Shown here: piece by piece, positions 47,657 to 56,331 of the stretch
Position numbering within the stretch: the stretch's first letter is position 1
How the letters are laid out: every line of letters starts with the position of its first letter
Source of the DNA: Nitrosopumilus sp.
GTDB lineage: Archaea; Thermoproteota; Nitrososphaeria; Nitrososphaerales; Nitrosopumilaceae
Length of the DNA: 64,000 nt
Reading direction: 5' to 3'
Assembly (NCBI GenBank): GCA_965218695.1
Contig: OZ244651.1
Span: forward strand, 1,888,001 to 1,952,000
Program-made: the position numbers and the translations under genes
Notes under the pieces: model-generated
Database searches by the model: none
The model's input: only the letters and a program-made list of their open reading frames with translations
Told to the model about the DNA's origin: nothing

Positions 47657-47700
47657 GTATTCTGAAAAGACTCTTATGATAAGACGTCAAAGCAGTCAAG

Positions 47701-48177
47701 ATGACGGACGTAAACATCGAGACCAATTTCGGAAGAATCTCAATCAGGCTCCTGCCTGATTTGGCTCCCGAGACGGTTAGAAATTTCGAAAAGCTTGCAA
47801 GGGACGGATTCTATGACGGAACGCTCTTTCACAGGGTTATTCCAGGATTTATGATCCAGGGAGGGGATCCGAACACAAAGACGGACAACAAGGGCTCATG
47901 GGGTACCGGGGGACCCGGATACGCCATCAAGGCAGAGTTCAATTCCAGATCCCACCGGCGCGGCATGGTCTCCATGGCAAGGTCACAGGATCCGGACAGT
48001 GCGGGATCGCAGTTCTTCATAGTCACTACCGACAGCCCGTTCTTGGACAGACAGTACACCGTGTTTGGCCAGGTGACAGACGGCATGGATGTGGCCGACA
48101 AGATTGTGAATCTCCAGAGGGACAGAAACGACTGCCCGCTGGAGAAGGCACAGATGCTTCACGTAAAGGTGGGGTAG
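47701..48177 (+). CDS. Cyclophilin-type peptidyl-prolyl isomerase
   Basis: APETVRNF, FHRVIPGFMIQGGDP, SMAR, SAGSQFFI, YTVFGQV. Confidence 0.96.
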   Translation: MTDVNIETNFGRISIRLLPDLAPETVRNFEKLARDGFYDGTLFHRVIPGFMIQGGDPNTKTDNKGSWGTGGPGYAIKAEFNSRSHRRGMVSMARSQDPDSAGSQFFIVTTDSPFLDRQYTVFGQVTDGMDVADKIVNLQRDRNDCPLEKAQMLHVKVG

Positions 48178-49065
48178 ATGAGGACCAGTTTTTTTGTATT
48201 TTTTGTAATTCCGTTAGTTCTTGCAGTCCAGTATGCAGAGGCCCAAGATTCCGGGAGTCAGCCAGCAGATCAGAGACTTGTTGAGATGACCTTTGACAGA
48301 CAGGGCAATGCGCATGTCAGGCACGTGGCAGCACCGTCTGACATCCAGACGCATATCGCACTGATACCGGGGGATGCCAGAAACATCTCAGTTGCAGACC
48401 AGTCCGGCCGGCTGCAGCTGGTAGTCAGCGACGGCAACATAGTGACCATCATGCCCTCGGAGAGCCACACCATAGTGACCTATGGCCTGAATGATGCAGC
48501 AGTGCTGATCAACGGCATGTGGACCATAGAGTTCCTGTACCTGGAGACGACTACGTTTCTCTTTCCCGAGGAGGTGGACTTGGTGTTCATAAACGACGGG
48601 CCGCTGCGCTTTGAGGATGCCGAGGGATTCAACTGCCACGGATGCCAGCTGGCCTTAAAGTTTGCCACAGACGAGCCAAGGAACCTGATGCCGGCAAGCT
48701 GGGAGGGGCAGGAGTTTATGGTGGAGGTGAGGACGTTTGCAGAGATTGAGAACTTTGAGTTCAGCCAACCCTCAAAGGAGATCAGTTTCAGATCCGACTG
48801 GAACGGCCGGTTCGTTACGGCGGTAATCCCCCAGGAGCTGCTGTGGGGGCCGTACGCCGTACTACTGGACGAGAAGACGATTCCGTTTAACGAGTACATA
48901 AGCAATGGAACCCACGTATGGGTGAACATGAAGCCTGATGCTTCCGGCACAATTACAATCGTGGGAACCACGGTAGTTCCCGAGTTTTCCGTAGTGGCCC
49001 CGCTAGCAGTAGGATTCCTGGCAGTCCTTGCAGTGCCGCTGATAAGAAGGACTACTCTCCGCTAG
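48178..49065 (+). CDS. Secreted protein with PEF-type C-terminal sorting signal
   Basis: Signal peptide; ITIVGTTVVPEFS + TM + basic tail. Confidence 0.85.
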   Translation: MRTSFFVFFVIPLVLAVQYAEAQDSGSQPADQRLVEMTFDRQGNAHVRHVAAPSDIQTHIALIPGDARNISVADQSGRLQLVVSDGNIVTIMPSESHTIVTYGLNDAAVLINGMWTIEFLYLETTTFLFPEEVDLVFINDGPLRFEDAEGFNCHGCQLALKFATDEPRNLMPASWEGQEFMVEVRTFAEIENFEFSQPSKEISFRSDWNGRFVTAVIPQELLWGPYAVLLDEKTIPFNEYISNGTHVWVNMKPDASGTITIVGTTVVPEFSVVAPLAVGFLAVLAVPLIRRTTLR

Positions 49066-49207
49066 AGCCGCAGGAGCAAAATCCATACTCGTCAATTCGG
49101 GTATTGCAGAGGGGGCACTTTTCCCCATAGGTTACCTCCCATGCCTCCTTTCCAAAGAGGCGCAAGTGATCATCGATCTCTATTGGGATGATTCTCTTCT
49201 TGTCCAA
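49052..49207 (-). CDS. Small zinc-ribbon-like protein (~51 aa)
   Basis: CPLC..CSC near the C-terminus; probable TTG start at 49207. Confidence 0.65.
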   Translation of the reverse strand: MDKKRIIPIEIDDHLRLFGKEAWEVTYGEKCPLCNTRIDEYGFCSCGSSGE

Positions 49208-49247
49208 TGAATGGTATAAGTAATCATGGTATAGATACATTGCCAAG

Positions 49248-49442
49248 ATGAGGGTGGAATGTGGATGCCACTGCATAAGGTGCGGCAACACGGATCTGGA
49301 ATCGTTCAGAACCGGGAAGACAGAAGAGGATGGATATTTTGACATGCACCACACGTGCAGACGCTGCAACACCCATTTTGATCATCTGGAAGGGGAGATC
49401 TTTACAGAGTGCAAAGGGTGCAGATACCCTACTACTAGCTAG
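49248..49442 (+). CDS. Small Cys/His-rich zinc-finger-like protein (64 aa)
   Basis: CxCxCxxC, HHxCxxCxxHxxH, CxxC. Confidence 0.75.
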   Translation: MRVECGCHCIRCGNTDLESFRTGKTEEDGYFDMHHTCRRCNTHFDHLEGEIFTECKGCRYPTTS

Positions 49443-49987
49443 CTGACTAAAAGCGGTTTTCTGCCAGCAGCATAGCAGACATGGTTTCCGTCAGAGTCCT
49501 TTACAAGCATCTTGTCTGTAGCCATCAGCACCATTGCCTTGGATACGTCCAGACGGCTTGCAGCCCAGCCGTTCTCCCTCAGGTGCTGGACTGTCTCTGT
49601 GACGGTCCGTGGAGTGTCAAAGAATCCGGTTGTCCCAATCGCCAGCAGTTTTGAGGAGATCTCACCTGCGGTGATGTTCTCAGGTTCGGTAAACTCTGGT
49701 TCATGCACCTCGGCCTCATCAAGCATGCCCAGTACCTGGATCCGAGATGCACCAGACAGTTCTTCTGAGGATGCAGAAAGATCCGTTTCAGGCTGTACAA
49801 CAGTCTCCTCATCAGATATGGGCTCGTCGACCAGATCCTCTACGGCATATACGATCTTTGCCCTGCTCTCTGACAGATGCTGTGACAGTCCGTCTATGAC
49901 ATCTCCAAGCGTCTGGTTGTCAACATAGACGTCCCTAGAGTCGACTTCGATCTCATTTTCGCCCAGCTTTAGACGTATACGTGCCAA
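49439..49987 (-). CDS. Hypothetical protein with C-terminal winged-helix-like domain
   Basis: RIRLKLGENEIE N-terminus; GFFDTPRT..E...L..GW pattern. Confidence 0.78.
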   Translation of the reverse strand: MARIRLKLGENEIEVDSRDVYVDNQTLGDVIDGLSQHLSESRAKIVYAVEDLVDEPISDEETVVQPETDLSASSEELSGASRIQVLGMLDEAEVHEPEFTEPENITAGEISSKLLAIGTTGFFDTPRTVTETVQHLRENGWAASRLDVSKAMVLMATDKMLVKDSDGNHVCYAAGRKPLLVS

Positions 49988-50118
49988 TGTAGGGTAATGG
50001 GGAGGGAGAGATTTATCCTATAGTATCTAATCTACTTAAAGATTAGATCAAAAAATTTACACAAATTATCGGGGTTTTTTATCATTCGGGTTAAATGGTT
50101 CTTCCCCAATACACCACA

Positions 50119-50565
50119 ATGGCGTCAAGAAGACAGGGAGTGGGAATCATATGCATACTGGGCGTGGCCATATTCGGATATACGCAGTACATGCTGGTCT
50201 CGCAGGTGGAGGCAGACATCATCCAGAGCGACCGCCGGGGTGACGGCGGGACGGGTTCCGAGTATGACATCAAGTTAATGTTTAACAATCCCTCCCTGCT
50301 GGTACTGACAGCCGGCCAGACGGAGTTTCTGGTGATCGGAGACGACGGGGTGCTTGGAGAGGGAAGCCTGGGGGCATTTACGATCAACCCGCTTGATGAT
50401 GCCGTCGTCAGCGGCACCTACCGTGCAGATTCCGGAGACGACAGGGCCGAATCGGTATGGATAACCGGGGTTACAAGATATGACATTCTTGTGGCATCAG
50501 TCGACGTTCCGTTTACGTACCATCCAACAGACATGCAGGTAATGGAATTTATACATCAGGGCTGA
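50119..50565 (+). CDS. Membrane-anchored LEA_2-like hypothetical protein
   Basis: N-terminal TM; FNNPS..L.AG motif; start could be 50095. Confidence 0.72.
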   Translation: MASRRQGVGIICILGVAIFGYTQYMLVSQVEADIIQSDRRGDGGTGSEYDIKLMFNNPSLLVLTAGQTEFLVIGDDGVLGEGSLGAFTINPLDDAVVSGTYRADSGDDRAESVWITGVTRYDILVASVDVPFTYHPTDMQVMEFIHQG

Positions 50566-50576
50566 GATCCCCTCAG

Positions 50577-51470
50577 ATGCTGACTGTGTTTGGTTCTGTT
50601 GCACTGGATACAATCAGGTGCCCCGGATGGGTCAAAACCGAGATGCTGGGCGGCTCTGCCACGTATGCGGCAATCTCTGCAAGCAACTTTGTAGACACGG
50701 GGTTGATTACGGCAGTCGGAAGCGACTTTCCGGGGGGGTATCATGACATACTCTCAAGACACCTGAATCTGCAGGGGCTGACAGTTAGGGAGGGCAAGAC
50801 CTTCAGGTATGACGGGGAGTATGACGGCACGTTCAGCACTAGGACGGCCTTGAAGACGGAGTTGAACGTGGTGGAAGGATTCGTGCCGGCGGTTCCAGAG
50901 GAGTACAGGGATTCCAAGTTTGTCTATCTGGCAAATAACGACCCGGAGCAGAACACGTCACTGCTTGGAGAGTTTGACGGGGTGGAGTTTTCAATGTGCG
51001 ATACCATAGATTTCTGGATCTCCACCAAGCGGGAGGCGGTAATCAGGATGATAAAGGCAGTAGATGCAGTCGTGATTAATGACGAGGAGGCCAGACTCCT
51101 TACAAAGGAGCACAATCTAGTAAGATGCGCAAGAATCATGACGGAGTGGGGGGCAGACTATGTCATTATCAAGAAGGGGGAGCACGGCGCCCTGACGTTT
51201 TATCAGGACGAGGTATTTCCCACGCCGGGATTTCCGCTGGGAGACGTTGCAGACCCTACCGGAGCCGGGGACGCCTTTGCCGGAGCCGTGATGGGGTATC
51301 TTGCAGACGGGGGAACAGCAGGCATAACGGAGATCAGAAGGGCAGTCACATATGGGAATGTCCTGGGATCCTTTGCAGTCCAGGGGTACGGCCTAGACGG
51401 ACTGCTGGGGATAGGTGACGGGGACATAGCTGCAAGGACAGAGGCGTACAGGAACATGCTTGGGATATGA
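50577..51470 (+). CDS. PfkB-family carbohydrate/nucleoside kinase
   Basis: GSVALD, LGGSATY, INDEE, KKGEHGA, DPTGAGDAFAG. Confidence 0.94.
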   Translation: MLTVFGSVALDTIRCPGWVKTEMLGGSATYAAISASNFVDTGLITAVGSDFPGGYHDILSRHLNLQGLTVREGKTFRYDGEYDGTFSTRTALKTELNVVEGFVPAVPEEYRDSKFVYLANNDPEQNTSLLGEFDGVEFSMCDTIDFWISTKREAVIRMIKAVDAVVINDEEARLLTKEHNLVRCARIMTEWGADYVIIKKGEHGALTFYQDEVFPTPGFPLGDVADPTGAGDAFAGAVMGYLADGGTAGITEIRRAVTYGNVLGSFAVQGYGLDGLLGIGDGDIAARTEAYRNMLGI

Positions 51471-51603
51471 GGCAACGACCAGATCCGTCTGATTTTGGTG
51501 CGGGCCTGTGTTTTATCCCATGCGATCTGGGTCCTAGGTATGGGAATCTTTGAAAGACTTAAGTCGTGGGATCCGCTGGGTAAGATTGCTGTTGGCACAA
51601 GAC

Positions 51604-51945
51604 ATGGTTGAATCAGAAGACAGGCTGGACAGGATATTCGGGCTGCAGAAGGGTCTGGCAGACATGATGAACCTGGACAGGTACCCGTCAGATACGGAGG
51701 GACGGGTATCGGCGCTCTGTACTGCCATTATTCATGAGGCAGTCGAGCTGCAGAGAACCACCAACTGGAAGTGGTGGAAGACGCCTATGAGATTCAACGA
51801 GCAGGAGGCAAGGGGGGAGCTGATTGACATATGGCATTTTGTGATCCAGGCCTCAATCGAGCTTGATCTGACTCCCGAGGACATAATACGGGAGTACAAG
51901 AGAAAGAATGACGTCAACAGGCAGAGACAGAAGGACGGATACTAG
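51604..51945 (+). CDS. Dimeric all-alpha dUTPase (dUTPase_2-like)
   Basis: EAVEL..WKWWK, ELIDIWHF, Y..KN.VN..RQ..GY. Confidence 0.9.
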   Translation: MVESEDRLDRIFGLQKGLADMMNLDRYPSDTEGRVSALCTAIIHEAVELQRTTNWKWWKTPMRFNEQEARGELIDIWHFVIQASIELDLTPEDIIREYKRKNDVNRQRQKDGY

Positions 51946-52418
51946 AGTCTTTTAATCTCCTCACGGATCTGTTCCAGATCGGTCTGGCCGGTCATGTCCA
52001 CGATGGTCACATCCTTTTGGAAGTGCTCTATCATGTGTTTGGGGACGGTAATGTATGGGTCGGGGCTTGTCGAGCCGACTATCCTGCCGTTCCCGTCGGT
52101 GCCGTTCCTGTGCAGTTCGGACAGCGAGTGTCCGGCCTTGTGTCCCCAGACGTCCCTGCCGCACACCAGAAGGACGGTTATGCGGGGGTTGCCGTCCAAG
52201 TGCCTGAGGACGGAATCTATGCCCTTGTTCTCGGAGAGGAGCCTTCCGGCTATCGAGATGCTATTCATCGTATCAGAACTGGCAAGGGTCTTGAGCAGGT
52301 TCATGCTTGACAGGGTGCAGACTGCCAGACCAGAGTCCGGATTTCCCTGGAATGATTCCTCGGGGATGGGTAGGACGATCTTGCAGACCTTGCCAATTGC
52401 CTCACCCAGCGCGTTCAT
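51942..52418 (-). CDS. MtrA-like protein (tetrahydromethanopterin S-methyltransferase subunit A family)
   Basis: AVCTLSS, G.L.SENKGI, NP.I..L.VCG.DV.GH.AG.SL..LH.NG. Confidence 0.85.
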   Translation of the reverse strand: MNALGEAIGKVCKIVLPIPEESFQGNPDSGLAVCTLSSMNLLKTLASSDTMNSISIAGRLLSENKGIDSVLRHLDGNPRITVLLVCGRDVWGHKAGHSLSELHRNGTDGNGRIVGSTSPDPYITVPKHMIEHFQKDVTIVDMTGQTDLEQIREEIKRL

Positions 52419-53497
52419 AGTGCCTCACGCAGGGTCTCTGCAATAAATCTGATGTCCCTTGTGGTGACCTGCGGATGAACCGGCAGGGAAAGCACGCGTG
52501 ATGCGGCCCTCTCTGTGTTGGGAAGACGGATGCCAGACCTGTACAACGGGGTTCTGTGGACAGGTGTGGGATAGTATGATGCAGCACCGATCCCTGCATC
52601 GTTGAGCCTCCTCAGAAGCCGGTTGCGCCCACGGACGGCGATGGTATACAGGTACCAGTTGACGTCCTGATCCTCTTGCTCGCAGGGAAGGGTGACCTTG
52701 AGATCAGATATCATGCCGGAGAGGAGTTTGGCATTGCGCCTTCTTAACTTTAGGAATCCTGGCAATCTCTCCATCTGAACTGTTGCAATCGCAGCGCTAA
52801 ACTCGGGCAGGCGCATGTTCAGACCGGGGATCCTGGTGTCGAATCCGCGGACCGTTCCGTGGTTTCTAATCATTAGCAGCCGATCCCGGAGCCTCTTGCT
52901 GTTAGTTACAACGAAGCCTCCCTCTCCGGAAGTCATCACCTTGGCAGGATACATGCTGTAGCACCCCATCTCAAAGAAGGTGCCTGCCTGTCTTCCCTTG
53001 TAAACCGAGCCCAAGGCCTGCGCCGAGTCCTCTATGACGGGGATGCAGCACCTGGCAGATACCTCCGAGAGCCCCTCCACATCTGCCACATGCCCGTAGA
53101 GGTGGACGGGTATGATGGCGCGGGTCTTTTTGGTGATCTTTGCCCGGAGATCCTCCATGTCCACGGTATACTGTCCCTTTGCAATATCCACAAAGACCGG
53201 CGTTGCCCCGGTGGAGGCTACGGTGTTTGCAGTTGCAACAAACGTAAAGGACGGAACCAGCACCTCGTCTCCTGGCCCCACATCTAGCGCATGGAGGGCA
53301 GCCTGCAGAGCCGCAGTGCCGGAGTTGACTGCGACTGCATATCTTGAACCCGTAAAGGATGCAGCTGCCTTCTCAAAGTCCCGAACGTGCGCACCTCCCT
53401 CCCTTGCAGACGACGTAAGCGCGCCACTCCTGAGCACGGAGACGGCAGCGGAGATCTCCTTTTTGCCTATCATGGGGGTGTTGATTGCAATTCTCAA
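52415..53497 (-). CDS. DegT/DnrJ/EryC1/StrS aminotransferase
   Basis: NSGTAAL, PSFTFVAT, VHLYG, EDSAQA, S.YPAK.MTSGEGG. Confidence 0.94.
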   Translation of the reverse strand: MRIAINTPMIGKKEISAAVSVLRSGALTSSAREGGAHVRDFEKAAASFTGSRYAVAVNSGTAALQAALHALDVGPGDEVLVPSFTFVATANTVASTGATPVFVDIAKGQYTVDMEDLRAKITKKTRAIIPVHLYGHVADVEGLSEVSARCCIPVIEDSAQALGSVYKGRQAGTFFEMGCYSMYPAKVMTSGEGGFVVTNSKRLRDRLLMIRNHGTVRGFDTRIPGLNMRLPEFSAAIATVQMERLPGFLKLRRRNAKLLSGMISDLKVTLPCEQEDQDVNWYLYTIAVRGRNRLLRRLNDAGIGAASYYPTPVHRTPLYRSGIRLPNTERAASRVLSLPVHPQVTTRDIRFIAETLREAL

Positions 53498-53531
53498 CGG
53501 TGTCGTTTGTGCGAGACAGTCTATTAAATCT

Positions 53532-53662
53532 GGGGCCGGAGCCGCCCCGCATCACTTGACCAAACCATGACGATTGGCGGGCAAGGGCATCCTGCCACAT
53601 CGTCAGATGGTTGGCCGGCCGGCCGTGAACCGCCTTCAGGACGGCATGCGTAAACCCCCGCG
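53532..53662. ncRNA. Candidate structured non-coding RNA (multi-stem) between divergent promoters
   Basis: CCAAACCAT/ATGGTTGG, GACGAT/ATCGTC and TGGCGGG/CCTGCCA stacked stems; GCCGT/ACGGC; CGCAT/ATGCG closing stem. Confidence 0.4.
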
Positions 53663-53700
53663 GTATGAATTTTTATATTTCAAGGATGCCACACGGCATA

Positions 53701-54270
53701 ATGAGAATACGCCACCTTGACGAGACAGACGCAGGGTACAGGGTGTACCTGTACGTGTTTTATGTCTGCGGGTTTGTCATGGCCTCGTCACTGGTCTTCG
53801 GGGTGTACGTAACCATGATCGAGTGGATGGAGAACGGAACGTATGTCATGGGAGAGGCCATCCACAACACGACGATTCCGTTTGAAAATTTTGCAAGGGT
53901 TTCAACATGGATATTCTTTTCAACGGTAATTGGCTGGTACTGCGTATCTAGGATTGGCTGGAAGCGGACTGCCGGAAGCAAGATAACCGGGACAAGGATG
54001 GCGCTGCTCCAGCTGATGCTGCTGGGATTTGTAATAATTACATTCTATGAGGTGCTGTACAATTTTACGGTGCTAAACGCGCAGATCACAGCGGGGATAA
54101 TCAACGGTATGGTTCCGGACATCGACCGGCTGTCAGTGGCGTACCCGGATCCGGATAGACCGTGGAATCTGGTGTTTGCAACAAAGATCTTTCTTGCCTG
54201 TTTTATCATCAGTTCCCATGCATTCTACCTCAGCATAAAGCCCAGAAAGAACATAGGCCCGGAGATCTAG
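53701..54270 (+). CDS. Four-TM hypothetical membrane protein
   Basis: Hydrophobic helices; YEVLYNF..LNA and PWNLVFATK motifs; TTTTATA box upstream. Confidence 0.8.
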   Translation: MRIRHLDETDAGYRVYLYVFYVCGFVMASSLVFGVYVTMIEWMENGTYVMGEAIHNTTIPFENFARVSTWIFFSTVIGWYCVSRIGWKRTAGSKITGTRMALLQLMLLGFVIITFYEVLYNFTVLNAQITAGIINGMVPDIDRLSVAYPDPDRPWNLVFATKIFLACFIISSHAFYLSIKPRKNIGPEI

Positions 54271-54415
54271 GACGGTCTGGCAGGTACGGGAATAATGGTC
54301 CCAGACGGCGCGTGCCGCTGCAGCGTATGGGTCCATGACGCATTCAGGTTTGGGAGCCGTTCTGTCAGGGATTTTTAAATAACTTTATACATTTGAGGCC
54401 AAGAATTCACTTGAT

Positions 54416-55450
54416 TTGGACATTGCAAAGAAGGTCGCTCTGGTCGAGAAGTCCACTGCGGAGGTGGTAACCCATGAGGAATTGGTCAGCCTCTTTGAGA
54501 CAAACCAGTCCCCAAAGCACTACATTGGGCTGGAGATCTCCGGATTTCTCCACCTTGGCAGCCTGATCAGCACGGGATTCAAGATTAACGATTTTATGAA
54601 GGCCGGAGTGCGGTGTACGGTATTCCTTGCAGACTGGCACACCATGATTAATGACAAGTTGGGCGGGGACTGGGATACGATCTCAAGGGTATCAGAATAC
54701 TATCGGGATGCCTTTAAGATGATCTGTCCGGGTGTGGAGGTTGTCTTGGGATCCAAACTGTACGAGGAGAGGCCCGAATACTGGTCTGATCTTCTCAGGT
54801 TTACAAAACACATGTCGCTTGCCAGGACAATGAAGACGCTGACCATAATGGGTCGCTCTGAGAGTGAGAAGGTAGAACTGGCAAAGCTGCTCTACCCCCC
54901 GATGCAGGCAGTCGACATCCACATGCTGGATGTGGATATTGCCCATGCCGGAATGGACCAGAGAAAGATCCACATGCTGGTAAGGGACGTCTTTCCCAAG
55001 ATGGGGTGGAAGGTGCCGGTGGCAGTCCACCACGGCCTGCTTCCGGGGCTTGGAAGGCCTGCAGAGGCAGGCTCCCAGGCAACAAAGATGAGCAAGTCGG
55101 ATACGAGATCAGGCATATTCATACACGATGCTGACGACGAGGTAAGAAGAAAGGTCAACAAGGCATGGTGTGAGGAGGGGAGCATTCAGAACAATCCGCT
55201 GTTGGAGATTGCAAGGACCATAATCTTCCACGAGTTTGCAGAGATGAACGTGGAGAGGCCCGCAAAGTACGGCGGCAACGTCTCGTATGCAGAGTACGGC
55301 CAGCTCGAGTCGGACTTTGAGGCCGGAAGGCTCCATCCGGGGGACCTGAAGCGGGTAGTCGGCGAGTACCTTGTAAGGGTAACGGCGCCGATCAGGGAGA
55401 AACTAGCCATGGATCCTGGGCTGTACGAGATGATAAGGGGAACCTATTAG
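54416..55450 (+). CDS. tyrS: Tyrosine--tRNA ligase
   Basis: YIGLEISG.LHLG, LADWH, YPPMQAVD, GMDQRK, KMSKS. Confidence 0.97.
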   Translation: MDIAKKVALVEKSTAEVVTHEELVSLFETNQSPKHYIGLEISGFLHLGSLISTGFKINDFMKAGVRCTVFLADWHTMINDKLGGDWDTISRVSEYYRDAFKMICPGVEVVLGSKLYEERPEYWSDLLRFTKHMSLARTMKTLTIMGRSESEKVELAKLLYPPMQAVDIHMLDVDIAHAGMDQRKIHMLVRDVFPKMGWKVPVAVHHGLLPGLGRPAEAGSQATKMSKSDTRSGIFIHDADDEVRRKVNKAWCEEGSIQNNPLLEIARTIIFHEFAEMNVERPAKYGGNVSYAEYGQLESDFEAGRLHPGDLKRVVGEYLVRVTAPIREKLAMDPGLYEMIRGTY

Positions 55451-56247
55451 ACCTTAAGGTTCGGGTTTGTCTGCTCTTCCAGGTTGTACTTTGACTTGTA
55501 CCCCCTTGGATTGATCATCAGATCCTCGTAGGTGTATGTGGCAGAGTTGCCAACAATGACTGTGCTGATCATGCCCAGCTTGTCTGAGTGGTTTGGCAGA
55601 TTCTCAAGGTCGGTCAGGACCACGGTCTCAGAGGACCTAAAGGCACCCTTTATGATTGCAACAGGGGTGGCAGGTCTCCTGTACTTTAGAAGAATCCTCC
55701 GGGTATCCTGCAGTTGGTGTATCCTCTTCTTGCTGGCAGGATTGTATATCACGATTACAAAGTCGCCCTGCGCTGCGGCCTCGACCCTCTTTTCGATGAT
55801 CTCCCACGGAACCAGCAGATCGCTCATGCTGACTACTGCAAAATCGGTCATTAATGGGGAGCCGACTATGGAGGCGCACGAGTTGAGCGCAGACACGCCT
55901 GGAACGATCTCAACTTGCAGGCCGTCTTTTGGACTCCAGCCGGTCTCGGCAAGTGTCTCATATATGAGTCCGGCCATCCCATAGATGCCCGGATCCCCGC
56001 TTGACACCAGCGAGACTGTCCTGCCGGACTTTGCAAGATCGATGCACTGGTGAGCCCTCTCGACCTCCTGCGTCATCGCGTAGCGGTATACGGTCTTTCC
56101 CCCAATGAGATCCTGGACCAGGTTTACATAGGTCTCGTACCCGACGATCGTGTCGCTCTGTTCAATTACCTGTCTTGCCCTAAACGTCATGTGGTCATGG
56201 TGCCCGGGTCCGACGCCGACTATGTACAGCTTGCCAGTCAATTTCAA
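55447..56247 (-). CDS. cobJ: Precorrin-3B C17-methyltransferase (CobJ/CbiH)
   Basis: VGVGPG, SSGDPGIYGMAG, DFAVVSMSDLL.PW, YNPAS, NPRGY. Confidence 0.94.
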   Translation of the reverse strand: MKLTGKLYIVGVGPGHHDHMTFRARQVIEQSDTIVGYETYVNLVQDLIGGKTVYRYAMTQEVERAHQCIDLAKSGRTVSLVSSGDPGIYGMAGLIYETLAETGWSPKDGLQVEIVPGVSALNSCASIVGSPLMTDFAVVSMSDLLVPWEIIEKRVEAAAQGDFVIVIYNPASKKRIHQLQDTRRILLKYRRPATPVAIIKGAFRSSETVVLTDLENLPNHSDKLGMISTVIVGNSATYTYEDLMINPRGYKSKYNLEEQTNPNLKV

Positions 56248-56331
56248 GACAGCTCTCCGTCCAAGTAATTTATCCCTTTAGAGGGGGAGCCCAACCAAGG
56301 AGACATCGGCACGGCCTCACGGCTGCGTGCA

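Noticed and set aside
38692-47700. tRNA-anchored integrative island or provirus
   Set aside because: No integrase and no duplicated tRNA 3' end seen; only independent IS insertions in an AT-richer region
51488-51546. Short hairpins after pfkB
   Set aside because: Short, imperfect stems that could arise by chance or be ordinary 3' structures
53560-53612. Hammerhead ribozyme (CTGACGA on the minus strand) or C/D box sRNA (ATGACGA on plus)
   Set aside because: No GAAA after stem II and no suitably placed CTGA D box; both motifs are sequestered in the long stem
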